This document shows positions 13,347 through 26,140 of a stretch of DNA of 64,000 nucleotides, piece by piece. Below the pieces are notes generated by a model. It saw nothing but the letters and a program-made list of their open reading frames with translations, ran no database searches and was not told the DNA's origin. The translations under genes were made by a program, and so were the position numbers. How positions within the stretch are numbered: position 1 is the first letter of the stretch; every line of letters begins with the position of its first letter. The DNA is from Styela clava (lineage: Eukaryota), in NCBI RefSeq assembly GCF_964204865.1, contig NC_135255.1:13516001-13580000 (forward strand). The letters run 5' to 3'.

Positions 13347-13585
13347 TGCGCTCCCGAAGTATGTGAACCAAAATGGCAGACACCGGAACGTAGTACGTGT
13401 AGGCTACTAGGTTAGGGTTAGGCCATATTTTTATGCCAATTTTCCTTATTTTAGTTCTACTACGAGTTCAGGGACTAGGCAAGTGACTCCTATACTATGT
13501 ACCTGAAATTATGGCCTAGCCCTAACCTGGTACACATACCACGCTCAAGTGTTTGCCATTTTGAATCACATACTTCAGGAGTACC
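13347..13585. mobile_element. Palindromic MITE with internal ggttagggttagg, GG..CC ends, 8-bp TSD (Merlin-like); paralogs 42244-42477 and 59440-59673
   Basis: About 75-bp imperfect TIR; TSD tactagtt is perfect in the 42244 copy. Superfamily tentative. Confidence 0.78.
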
Positions 13586-14998
13586 TACTAGTTTACCTTC
13601 CAACAAATCACCATTTATCCACTTACCTCAATAACAGTGAAACATTATTCGGCATCAGATCAGTAAGAAAATTATAAGCAGTTGATATGTGTTGCCTTGT
13701 ATGAAAGCATGATAAGTAGATAGACGCAACCTGTAGTTTATAAAATACTAAAATCAATATCATCATGTAAATACTGTCATTATCAAAAATCGTTCGGTCT
13801 ACGCATTATTACATTTTATATTTAAAATATTTAGTATCCTAAATGAGTTTATTATCATTAAGCAAAAAAGCAAATTCACAAAAATCTTCATTATTCAGAG
13901 AATTAGACATAAACATCTATAAAAAATAAAAGGATATGAATTTTAATAAACAACTGTACACTTACTAATATTATGTATCATGTTAGAATCTAGTAACCTA
14001 GAGTACATCATCGCCAATAAGTTCACATTATATTTCTACCTGATTATGAAATGTGTAGTCAGAAAATCTGGCATCAGAGCTGAGCAATTCATCAATGGCT
14101 AAACCTGGAGAACAAGTTGTTATGCATCGACGAATAACTGCAGTAAAATTCTTTAGCCATATTTGACGCGTTTTTACAGTTATTGTTGTTGGTTCGACTA
14201 GTTTTGAAGCAAGATGCTGACGATATAGAAGATATCTGTAAAGAAAATTTGATATAAAAAAAATGGACTCGGGATATTTTTTTTTCCAAATGGGAGATGT
14301 TTTGACCATTTATGTAGTAGTAGTACTTACATATTTATCCTGGAGGAGAGAAAAGAATAGGAATGGGACGCTTAGCACAACGCGCCACTGGATATCATCA
14401 ACATGTCAAAGGTGACGTGACAATTGAAATTTTAAGAAGTCGCTTAGACAATTTTTAATTTAGATTCTCAGGCATGGTTGGAAACATTATCTAGCAATTG
14501 ATTAGTTTTTTTGTTGTGTTTCCGAAACTTGGGTACAAATTGAACAACTGAATGATTATTTTGTCTTTCTAAAAGTTTTAATTCAGTTACAAGGATCAAA
14601 AATGAGTCCTGAGAAGAGAAAATAAAATTAGCTATCAATACTTTTGGATTTTACAATGATGGTATCAAGAAGTATCCAAATAAGTATTTTGAGGAAAATG
14701 AATTATTTGAATATAATTTTTTTTCATTATTAAAAAAATTTGCGAATCTGATTATAAAGTCCCACCTTAGCCATATTTGTCTTCTATCATTTTCATCACC
14801 CACATCCACAATTGCCTTTTCATAATAGTCCAGTATAACGTTGACAGATTCGCTGGATAAATCGAGAATTACACTGAAAAGAACATGATACACCATAAAG
14901 CATTGTTCAAAAATGAATAGAATCCAAATAAGAATTCTATTACGATTTCCGTAATCACAAACATTGATTGAGTGGCACATCAGGATATTTCTGGATCT

Positions 14999-15478
14999 AC
15001 AGGGTGTCCATAAAGTCCCTTTATGATTTCAATTTTGTTACGAAGTCAGTTCTGAATATATCTTAACCAGGTTTGTTGTTTTTCAATCAGTGAATTCAAA
15101 AGTATTTTTACTTCATCGATCTCGATAAGTATGTTGATAGGTATTTGTTTGTTTGTCTGTCAGACACTTTCGTATGTTACGCGATATCTCACGAAAGCAA
15201 GGTTGAATCTACTCCAAATTTTGCATGTGCATTCAATATATATTGAATCAGAAGCCTATTGCTTTTGGATGAATTATGTCGTATAATTAGCGAGTTATTA
15301 ATTAATTAGTGATGGGACATGCGGTGTCGCTATTTAGTCAGAGCGAAGGAATCGAAACCGTAGATCGATAAGTCGACAGTCTCAGATCGCTAGCTAGTTT
15401 ATGACATCTGTAAGGGCTGAAACATTATATGGCATCAATAAATACCATTCGTAATATTAAAAAAATTGAGACACCATA
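14999..15478. mobile_element. Old mariner-type MITE with nested Helitron/DINE-like element (about 15107-15398); paralog about 45034-45518
   Basis: ta-cagggtgtcc start, degenerate caccctata end; the insert has a gtttgtctgt microsatellite and ends ctagt. Confidence 0.55.
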
Positions 15479-15789
15479 TATATCTTAACACTCATAATCT
15501 CAACAGCCTTGATCTATTTCACTTACATGTAAATCATCCATAAATATGCTTTGTTCTTCCCAACAATTTTCCAACTAATTTCCGGTAAAAGAGAAAGATG
15601 TTTGTCAGTTAATGAATCCGATAATCTCAATAAGTAGTGAAATAATTTCTTCAATTCTGATAAATTAATCACATCTATATCTGAAAAAGAATCCAAAATG
15701 AAGCTAAAATTGAGAACCTAATGTTAATATTAAAATCATGTCATCACTTAGGGTGTAATAAACTAGGCAATGCCGAAACCTGGTAACTA

Positions 15790-15936
15790 CAGGGTGGTGG
15801 CTAGAAAAACAGTACCAACCTAAAACAACCTAGAACCTAAAAGAAATAAAAATGTATCGAAAAAGAAATAAGCACGCATTTTATTTGTGATGTCATGTGA
15901 CCTTCAAATTTTCTGCTTTTTTATCAACCACCCTGG
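15790..15936. mobile_element. Small mariner-type MITE
   Basis: cagggtggtgg...aaccaccctg inverted ends; not present at the paralogous site (about 45810). Confidence 0.55.
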
Positions 15937-16787
15937 TGTATTTCACATGGTGAATCTTGATTTTATAAAAACTACGAAACTTTTACCTATTTTCAAATAA
16001 GCTGAAGCACAAGTTTCAAAATACAGAAGTGCAGCATCAATGTCCGATGATTCTTGATTCAATTGAAACAAAGCTGCTTCATAACATAGTTTTGCATCAG
16101 ATGGATTTTCTGTCACAGCTTCTTCAAAGACCTTTAAAAAAGTAATATTAAATAGATAAGATCTTCTTGCCTGTTTGTCCTATCCATGACTGTTATAATA
16201 TCCCATTATTACCACAAGAAAAAATTTTTTTTTATTTTTTCAAACTTAACATAATAATTTTGATATTCCAGTGCCTTTTTTATGCTTTTAATGGCTCAGT
16301 TATAGTTACATAGTTTATAGCTTTTTCAAGCTGCAAAATAACATTTCAAACGCCTAAATGTCTGCTTTTCAGGCGCTTCGTCATTTTCTCACACAACACA
16401 TTTTGACAACAATACCAAACGCGCAGAAATTTCACAGCCAAATAGCATGGGAAACAAGTTTTTTGCAGTTTACCATGGCAATTCAAAATACTTCATGACA
16501 AAAATAGTACTCCTTCAAATTTATTGGTTGGAAACATTTCAACTTCTGAAAGCTGAACGAATGCAACAATTCAATATAAATACTTTGCTTGCTACAGTAG
16601 TACAGTAGGCTGCTTAGCGCAGTAGGTTGGCATGCATAGATGTATTTGCCTCAACTTTATAAATAACAGTTAGTAAGATAGAAATTTCATTGAGATGGAA
16701 TTGCAACTTGATTAAATTTAGACACAAATGTATGCTAGACTGCATTTGAGTTTCAATTCTAATGTTTGCTTTAAACAGGCGTTAAAT

Positions 16788-18432
16788 ATGAAAAAGGGTA
16801 TACTATATTGTATGTTTTTGAGCATTCAATTGCTCGTCAACCAAGTATATTGCAATCAAAGAATTTGCATGCAAATTGAAAATGTCAATACAGAAGAAAC
16901 GTACCCAATTCCATCACAACAAAGTTCACAGGGTGTTCCGGGCAAACGAGGACCACCTGGTGAAATTGGACCAAAAGGATCACAGGGGCCCAGAGGACCA
17001 AAAGGAATTGTTGATTATGAAAGAATTAATGCAGCAATAGAATCAGGTAATTTAAATTAATATTGGCCGTAAGCATCAGTGGGGCTTGTACAAAGCCTTG
17101 TTTGAAGTGGAAGAACTTGCAAAAATTACAGATTTCCGTATATAAGAATATATTGAAGTGTACTTCTTATTGTATATATATATATAGTTTACATCTTTTT
17201 AAATGATGATATAATGACTGTCTGTATAAATGGACTTGGTATAGACAAAACTTAATAATTGGGTTTGTGCAGAACATCCAAGTATGTTATGTTGTGGACT
17301 TTATTCACTCATTCATTGGTAAAATTAAAACAATGTATCACTAATTTTGATGCTTTTATAAAATTTAGTTTGTTTGATTTGTATTATTACTTCAGCGACC
17401 CATACTTTTATATTTAATCCATTGCAGCGATAAATGAGCTGCGGACAGAAACGGAAGAGAAGATGAATAAAACTATAAATGATCTTCAGCAAAGGATGGG
17501 TAATAGTTACTAAACTATCAATTATGAACAAACATGAATTTAATTTATTTTCAAACTGAGCTAAATGAAATTTTCATTTATCAAATATAATAGTCAACTG
17601 CGAAGTCATTCACAAGAATACTTGTTATCGGATGATACTTCGTGAAACACAAATGAATTTTGACCAAGCAACACAAGCATGTAGAGATATCCGTATGAAT
17701 ATTGGATACATTGAAGATGAAACACATTACCAAAAAATAGCAGAGTTAGTCAGATCAAAATCAACAGTGTTTCGAACAGGATACTGGACAGGACTATTGT
17801 ACAAAAACTCAGTGAGTATTTAAATTTGATTCATAATGAATATGGTGAACTACCAATTCCCCAGCATTTCTATCTCAGTAAATCATCAATGACTTATCTC
17901 AGCTTACGCTCGACGGTGTAGTGTAAAGTGCTGAGCGTTAGGAATATGGTTGCAACAGCACCCCTGACTATCTTACATAGTTTTGCAGGTCCAAATCCTG
18001 TGTGGGATAATTATGTACGAGATGAATGCAGGAATCCTCGCCTCCATAGGGTAGTTCACATAACCGCTGGTCGGTTATGGCTTTCTTCGTCATTAAGTTC
18101 ATGCATTAAAAACTGGCTAACTAATCCCACACCCAACATGACTGTTAGCGGACGAGAGGCTGCGGTTCCCCATATGATTATTAATTCGCGTTATCGCCTC
18201 TCCCGGGATGAATGTGTAACTCCTATCCTATTTATTTCAGCAACTTGTGACACTTTCTGGAAATCCATCACCGTTCACTAAATGGTATCCAAGTACACCC
18301 AATAGTAGCGGGCAAAAAAAAAATGTGTTCATCAATGTCAGGAAAGATACAGGAAATGTAAACCATGGCATGTATAACAACTATCAAACAGTCACACAAC
18401 CTGGAGTGTTATGTCAAATCATGTATACTTGA
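16788..18432 (+). CDS. Collectin copy 2, 246 aa; exons 16788-17046, 17428-17499, 17594-17811, 18241-18432
   Basis: Hydrophobic N-terminus, Cys, 9 Gly-X-Y triplets, heptad-like neck exon (AINELRTETEEKMNKTINDLQQRM), CTLD motifs CY, FDQATQAC, YWTGL, FTKWYP, LCQ. Splice phases 1,1,0 give an open 741-nt CDS. Confidence 0.92.
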
Positions 18433-18757
18433 GATCGGATTAGCAAGCATTGTCCTGTTTGTTACCTTCTCGGATCACACAAACTACAATGCTAGTTATA
18501 TTGTCAATATTCAAATTACATAAATCATAAGGTGCCTTTGATTACAGAATCCCATTTTTATTATTAATATTTGATTTGATTATTATCTTGCTTAATATCT
18601 ATCACCTACTATGTGTAATGTGATAATGGTTAAAATTAATTTTGTGTTTTGCTTTTTGTTTGCATTGGCAACAAATATATAAGTATTGAAAAATAAAGAA
18701 ATATGGTATTTATAAAAGATAGTGAAGGCAGAAGAGGCATATTTTATTGTTGAAGTA

Positions 18758-19225
18758 CAGTGATACCTCAGTAGTCGAATGACTTGTTACTCGAACATTC
18801 GGCAGTCGACCAAAAAATTATAGTCAAAAATACTGCAGTTCCTCAAAACAGAAATCCGGTGATCGAACATTTGAGCATTCCCTGAGTGAGATTACATCAA
18901 CCAAACAGCAAATCTCGGCTGCCTCTTTACCACTCAACAACAGAGCGATGCTCGTATATGTGAACACGAAAGACAATATAAAGAAGTACGCGTATGGTTT
19001 ATGTCACAATAAACTGTTGGTTGGTACAGCAATTTTCACGACTAACGAGGAAGCAGAACTGTCACAAGATGGACAAATATTTATGCAGTCATCGTAAACA
19101 ATAAACAAATCCCATAGAACCCAAAGATTTTTATCTTCGTTATATTTAATCTTTATTATGTACACATTTAAATGATTATTGTTGTTTAAAAACACTTTTT
19201 GTTGATAGTTAGTTAAAAACATATT
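18758..19225. mobile_element. Truncated Tigger/pogo-like MITE
   Basis: ta-cagtgatacctc start with tcgaa subterminal motifs; absent after the other collectin copies; right end not found. Confidence 0.55.
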
Positions 19226-19918
19226 AGCCTACATTACATGGGCTGTCTAATACATTTAATTCTCTAATTTAGCATTTCTCATTTATTCCACACAAGTCAT
19301 ACATTTTTTTTATTTTCATATGCTTTTCAAAAAAATAATAATTCAGATATGTTAGTGCCTTGTTTTTATGGCTCAGTTGAAGTTGCTAAAAACATTGTTA
19401 ATAGCTTTTTTCAAGCTGCAAAAAACATTTCAAATGCCCAAATGTCTGTTTTTTCGGTAAATCATTATTTCCTTGCACGAACAGGCCAAGACTTATATTG
19501 AAAACAATACCAGAAGTACAGAAATTTCACAGCCAAATAACGTGGGAAACAAGTTTTTTGCAATTTACACGACAATCCAAAACACCACACAACAAAAATA
19601 GCAAATTTTTCGTGGTTGAAAACAACACAGCATCTCAAAACGAAAGCATAATTCCAATATAAATACTTGCTACAGTATGTTTCTTAATGTAATAGGTTAG
19701 CAATAATACTAGAATGCTGGTTATATCGACAATAATCAAACTCAATAAAGCACATGATGAACTATTTAACTTCACATGAATAATCAGTTTATTAGGAATC
19801 ATCGATTTGTACTTATATAGGTGGCACCTGATTACAGAATTCTATTTTATTATTATTTGATTATGATCTTGTTAAATATCACTCACCTAACATGTGCAGC
19901 AATTACACAGCCAAATAG

Positions 19919-19950
19919 CGTGGGAAACAAGTTTTTTGCAATTTCCCACG
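19919..19950 (+). promoter_or_regulatory. Candidate paired CSL/Su(H) site (SPS) upstream of collectin 3; paralogs 46877-46908, 16446-16477, 19541-19571
   Basis: CGTGGGAA-N16-TTCCCACG, head-to-head. Confidence 0.5.
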
Positions 19951-20404
19951 ACAATCCAAAACACCACAACTTAAAAATAGCAAATTTTTAGTCGATGAAA
20001 TTTAGTGGTTGAAAACAACACAGCATCTAAAAACGAAAGCATCATCCCAATATAAATACTTGCTACAGTACGTTGCTTAATGTAGTAGGTTAGAAAGTAT
20101 AGATGTATTTGCCACTATTTATAAATTACAGATTGTAAGATGTAAGTGGAATTGCAAGTGGATTAATCAAAGCCATATACGTATGCATTCAATTCACTAT
20201 AAACCAGCTGTATTGACTGCATTTGAGTTATATTGCTATTAGCTACAAACAGGCGTTAAATATGAGTAAGGGTATACTATACTGTATGTTTTTGAGCATT
20301 CAATTGCTCGTCAATGAAGTATATTGCAATCAAAGAATTGCAATGCAATGCAGCTGTGTAGACTGCATTTCAATTCTAATGCTAGGTTTAAACAGGCATT
20401 AAAT

Positions 20405-22029
20405 ATGAGTAAGGGTATACTATATTGTATGTTTTTGAGCATTCAACTGCTCGTCAACCAAGTATATTGCAATCAAAGAATTTGTATGCAAATTGAAAAT
20501 GTCAATACAGAAGAAACGTACCCGATTCCACCACAACGAAGCTCACAGGGTGTTCCGGGCAAACGAGGACCTCCTGGTGAAATTGGACCAAAAGGATCAC
20601 AGGGGCCCAGAGGACCAAAAGGAATTGTTGATTATGAAAGAATTAATGCAGCAATAGAATCAGGTAATTTAAATTAATATTGGCCGTAAGCATCAATGGG
20701 GCTTGTACAAAGCCTTGTTTGAAGTAGAAGAACTTGCAAAAATTACAGATTTCCGTATATCAGAATATACTGAAGTTTACTTCTTATTGTATATATATAT
20801 ATAGTTTACATCTTTTTAAATGATGATATAATGACTGTCTGTATAAATGGACTTGGAAAAGACAAAACTTAATAATTGGGTTTGTGCAGAACATCCAAGT
20901 ATGTTATGTTGTGAACTTTATTCACTCATTCATTGGTAAAATTAAAACCATGTATCACTAATTTTAATGCTTTTATAAAATTTAGTTTGTTTGATTTGTA
21001 TTATTACTTCAGCGACCCATACTTTTATATTTAATCCATTGCAGCGATAAATGAGCTGCGGACAGAAACGGAAGAGAAGATGAATAAAACTATGAATGAT
21101 CTTCAGCAGAGGATGGGTAATAGTTACTAAACTATCAATTATGAACAAACATGAATTTAATTTATTTTCAAACTGAGCTAAATGAAATTTTCATTTATCA
21201 AATATAATAGTCAACTGCGAAGTCATTCACAAGAATACTTGTTATCGGATGATACTTCGTGAAACACAAATAAATTTTGACCAAGCAACACAAGCATGTA
21301 GAGATATCCGTATGAATATTGGATACATTCAAGATGGAACACATTATCAAAAAATAGCAGAGTTAGTCAGATCAAAATCAACATCATCTCTTACAGGATA
21401 CTGGACAGGACTATTGTACATAAACTCAGTGAGTATTTAAATATGATTCATAACGAATATGGTGAACCAGCAATTTTTTATCATTTCTATCACATTAAAT
21501 TATCATTGACTTATCTCGGATTAGGCTCAGAGCATAGTGCCAAACGTTAGGAATACGCTTGCCACAACACCTCTGATTACCCTGGGTGGGTTGGATGGTC
21601 CGATCCTGTGTGGGATAACTATGTACCAGATAATTGCTGAATTCCTCGCTTCCATAGGGTGGTTCACATAACCACTGTCCACTGGTCAGTTACAGCTTCC
21701 TTCACCGTCAAGTTCATGCATCAGAAAACTGGCTAACTAACCCCATACCCAACATGACTGGGTTCCCCATATCATTATTAAGTCACCTTATCGTCTCACC
21801 CTTGATACATATGTAACTCCCATCCTATCTATTTCAGCAACTTGTGACACTTTCTGGAAATCCATCACCATTCACTAAATGGTATCCGGGTACACCCAGA
21901 AGTGGTGAGCAATACAAAAATGTGTTCATTTATGTCAGGAAAGATACAGGAAGTGTATACCAGGGCATGGATAACTACCTTCCAACAGACACACAACCTG
22001 GAGTGTTATGTCAAATCATGTATACTTAA
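20405..22029 (+). CDS. Collectin copy 3, 246 aa; exons 20405-20663, 21045-21116, 21211-21428, 21838-22029
   Basis: Same exon sizes (259/72/218/192) and motifs as copy 2; open frame. Confidence 0.92.
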
Positions 22030-23444
22030 GATCGGATTAAAAGCATTATCCACAGAGTTATATTTGTTAACTTCTCTGATCACACAATACTACAAGGCTA
22101 GTTATATTGTCAATATTCAAATAACGTAAATCATATGGTGCACCTGATTACAGAATTCCATTTTTTATTATTATTTTATGATTTGATTATTATCTTGCTT
22201 GATATCAATCCTCCATGAGATGACTATGGTCAAAATTAATAATATATAAATAATGAAAAATAAAAAAGTCTGGTATATATAAAAGATAGAAATGGGAGAA
22301 GCATATTTGATTATTAAAGCAGTTGTTTTGTGGAAAACAGCAAATTTTCATTTTATGACAGTTGAAGGATTAATTAACATTAACAAACAGACAATTTTTC
22401 TTAATACCATTAATTCTTTGGAAGGGAATTTGATGAAAAAACAATGTCATGCGCACTCTAAAATAAAGGAAATTGATAACCACTAAAGTATAAAGAGCTA
22501 CTGAGATTATAAGAATTTTGATGTAGAATTCAGTGTTAGTGCACGTGTATTCAAAATATAATGCAATAAACGTAATAAAGGATCTATAATTAGAAAACAT
22601 CTCAATACCATACCTGTGTGGCAGCTAAGCTGTCTCCCCTCTCCACCAAAACATCTGCCCACATCATAGAAATATCAGTCACTTTCTTTTTCATCTGTCT
22701 TATCGTTTCCTCATTTATTAACAGTTTTTGTATCGCAGTAGTCATAGTTTTACACAAAAAACTGTAAATCCAAGAGAAAATTTTTTTCTCCAATGAAAAT
22801 GATGTTATAAATATAACTTTGCCATTGTCAAGATAGAGTTTGTAAAACTTCATTTGTCTTTTCCTATTTTTTCTAACAAAAATGAAAATGAGATAGACAA
22901 GAAGAAATTGAAAACTCAGTCAAATCTTTCCTCTTATTACTAGAATCTTATTATTTTCAGGAACAAATTATTAAAGTTACAAAATTTCTGACATTACATT
23001 TTGATAAATGTGGAATGAAAATTTACATTTCGTTTTAAATCTGCGATGATTTTTAGAATAGAAAGACATAAATCAGAATGATATGTTTAATTTGTTACTG
23101 TATATATACTATGTAAATAAAATCATTCAGTTATTCAGTTGTTTTATTCGTCGATCATGGAGGAATGCAACATAGAATTCAATGATAGGAATAAACAAGT
23201 TATAAAGTACTGGTTAGGATGAAGTTAAAAAAATAGAGGATTCTCAATTCTTACTTGCAACTATTAGCAGTGTCCAATTTTTGCTGAGATATTTCCAATC
23301 GCAATTTTTCCCGAAGTAATTGTAACGCTGATAATGGATCTTCAGTTGATGAAGAATTCTTGATAGCAACTGAATCAATCATAATTATAGTAAAATTCGG
23401 TGTAACTTTGAAAAATCAGAAATTGAATGGATCAAATATCTAAC

Positions 23445-23695
23445 TGCTAAGGGTTAGGAACATGATTTTCACCACTCTGATTACATGTGTAAGTTCGCAG
23501 GTTTGAATCCTGTGAGAGATAATTATGTGCGAGAAAATTGCACGATTACTCGCTGGGTGGTTCACGTGACTGCAAACTCATCCCATACCCAACATGGACC
23601 GGGAACTGGACAAGAAGCTGTAGTTCACCATGTGATAAAGCAGTCTTAATGGCATTCCCCTCTGCCAGAATAAATATGTGAATCATCTCCTATGA
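23445..23695 (+). mobile_element. Degenerate tRNA-SINE copy
   Basis: gctaagggttaggaa...gttcgcaggtttgaatcc...cccatacccaacatgg...taaatatgtgaatc. Confidence 0.75.
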
Positions 23696-24131
23696 TATAG
23701 TCCTAATTGCCATTATATCAAAATTCATACCCTACAGACACACTCTTATTCTTATATTTTCAAATTTTATCTATGCGAATTTTTCAGTCTTAACGAAAGA
23801 AAATATATTTTTATATGTATTTGGAATGGTAAATTATTTAGTTTGGCCATCCCGGACAATCGCCGTTATCCGAGTGAACAGGTCATAAAGCGTTGAGAAT
23901 CACCCCCAATGGGCATATTCGATAGTCCATTAGGCTACTCACCGTCAAGGTCAGCATGCAGGTTAGAATAGAAATTTTCATCAAGTTTATTCCTTGAATT
24001 AGAGTCAAGCTGAACTTCTAATCCTGGATAAACTTTGATCTCGAGATAATTTCGAGCATTGTATGCAGAGCTGAAAAGTGACAAAAAAAATGATATGTAT
24101 TTCTGCTCAATACAGAAATTTGACTCACAAA

Positions 24132-26140
24132 TAGGGATGCCACTTTTGGATTTACGAATCGGATCGATTCGAATCGCATCTTTTCCGGATCGATTCGAAT
24201 CAGATTTACGCGATTCGGAAAAAGAGAGCGATTTAGCGAAAAAAAAAACATTGAACGTTTGTTAAATCGTCGTTTTCGGCGGCTTTAAATCTGCCAGAGT
24301 GTGTTTATGCGGCACTCCAAATAACGCCAAATTACGGGACCGAAAAAAAAACATTGAACGTGTGTTAATCGTTGTTTTCGGCGGTGTTAAAACTACCGAA
24401 TGCGTTTATGCAGCACTCCAAATAACACCAAATTACGGGACCGAAAGAAAAACATTGAACATTTGTTAATCGTTGTTTTCGGTGGCGTTAAAACTGCCGA
24501 ATGCGTCTATGCGGCACTCCAAATAGCAACAAATTACGGGACGTAAATAAATGAAAATGAATTTTTCGTGATTGACACAACACACTCTTTTACGCATCAC
24601 TCGAGATGATGTGTGGCGTAATTACCAGCAAACTGCGAGTTCAGTTTTTTCACTAAATAGCCGAAGTTTCCATTACGCGCGAATTTAAATGGATCGTACA
24701 CCTGAAAATTCGTGACAATTTTGATGAAAATTTTCAACAGCACACCTGCGCTGCGACTAAGTTATTGTACGCCCTGGCATGATTGGATAAAGAATCGGCC
24801 ACCGACGTCTAGATAATGTTTAATTTTGATTGAAATTTAATTTAAACTTTGTTCTGAGAGCAATATTTTGCGTACATTTGAAGAGAACTATTACTGAATG
24901 AGTTCATCGGCCGGCAATGTTAATTGACAATCATGTTTCTCATCCTGAAATATATATTTATTTTGTTTGCGTTTGTCAGGCTTCCACTCGAGTGGCGGTA
25001 AACGAAATCAGGGGGACATAATGTAATAGTACATACACGTCTTTTTTCAGCTGTTACAAAAAAAAGTAGTATTTACTTTTAATTTTGTTAGCGCGATACA
25101 AGCGAATAAAACATTTCGGATTATTTCGAGCAAATGTCATAACGGACAGGTGGGAGTAAATAATACTTGAGGAATGGCAACTTGTGCACTGTTTTACATC
25201 AACACGTGGCAGATTTCATACCAGACCGAGCATACTGTGCGAATGTCGTCTTACTTTAGCCCCAGCGACCATGTCCGATCGAGATAAAGCGTCAACCAAT
25301 TATCGCTCGTCAGCGCGGCGTCCATTATGCACATTTGGACTTTCTGAACTACGAAATTAAACGTAGTCCACATTAATAATGAAGCCCGAGTTAGCCAATA
25401 ACGCTGTTAGCCACAAATAATACTTTCTCTGATATTTATGGAAATTTTTGTTCGCAATCGTAGTCGGATGAACGATTGTTTTTATTGAATTTAATTTAAT
25501 CGTGGTTAATTTTATCGTCTTCAATCATATTCTTGTAAGCATTTCCCATTTATAGTACCGTAATTCAGATGCAATTAGAATGTTTTTGTCGTATTACTCT
25601 ATGCTGCTAGCATAAATATAAAATATTGTACTAAGATTTTGAAGATAAAGAATCGGTAATAAGGCCGGCCTCAATTCAATATAACAAGAAGGGAAATACC
25701 ACGGTCACATATACTGGTGTGGGACAAGGAAAAGCAGTGCTGTTACTGTGTTTACGACATAACAGTACAACTGTTCCCTGCTTATTTTCTCATATGAATT
25801 CCATCAAATTGCCTCAGCCCTGATACAAGTATAACACAATAACTCAGTATTGTAAGACTCACAGATAAGTTGCAACAGCAAGTTTTTCATCAATGCATTT
25901 ATTAGTGATATCTATGACCTACATCTTTTTTATCATGATGAAAATAAGTGTGGCTTATTCACTGAAAAACCCTTATCATCCTTGCTATATAGCCTATTCC
26001 ATTTTCAAATTTTTTTCTTCTAGATTTGAGCTTTTTTGTGACTTTGGGCAAACATACGCATGTAATAAAAAAAAAGCTTAATGGAATCAGATTCGGAAAG
26101 ATTCGATTCGAAAAGTTTTGATTCGAGATTCGATCTGAAT
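24132..26140. mobile_element. Non-autonomous hAT-like element (TAGGGATG), right TIR missing
   Basis: tagggatgcc start, dense gattcg/cgaatc subterminal motifs at both ends; absent in the paralogous region. Confidence 0.7.
24242..24543. repeat. About 100-bp tandem repeat x3 inside the hAT element
   Basis: aaaacattgaac...gcactccaaataac..caaattacgggac repeated three times. Confidence 0.88.

Larger units (their letters stand above)
12501..23369 (-). pseudogene. ZFC3H1: ZFC3H1-like 3' exon block, copy beta; exons 23255-23369, 22614-22761, 15987-16131, 15527-15680, 14766-14873, 14040-14235, 13627-13730, 12882-12986, 12640-12679, 12501-12563; premature TGA at 12977-12979
   Basis: Ten exons splice in phase. 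The product is colinear with the human ZFC3H1 C-terminus as I recall it: LFHYLL/LFRYLL, YLWMIY/YLWLIY, FTAVIRRCITT/FTDLVNRCLVT, SDYTFHNQV/SNYEFHNRV, YLSC, PYSRELWTD/PLCASLWKD. The TGA is CGA in copies gamma and delta. No N-terminal exons found. Confidence 0.78.

Noticed and set aside
13390-13530. Telomeric repeat
   Set aside because: Only about two TTAGGG units, inside the inverted arms of a MITE.
24242-24543. CRISPR-like array
   Set aside because: Whole about 100-bp units repeat with no unique spacers; eukaryotic context, no cas genes.
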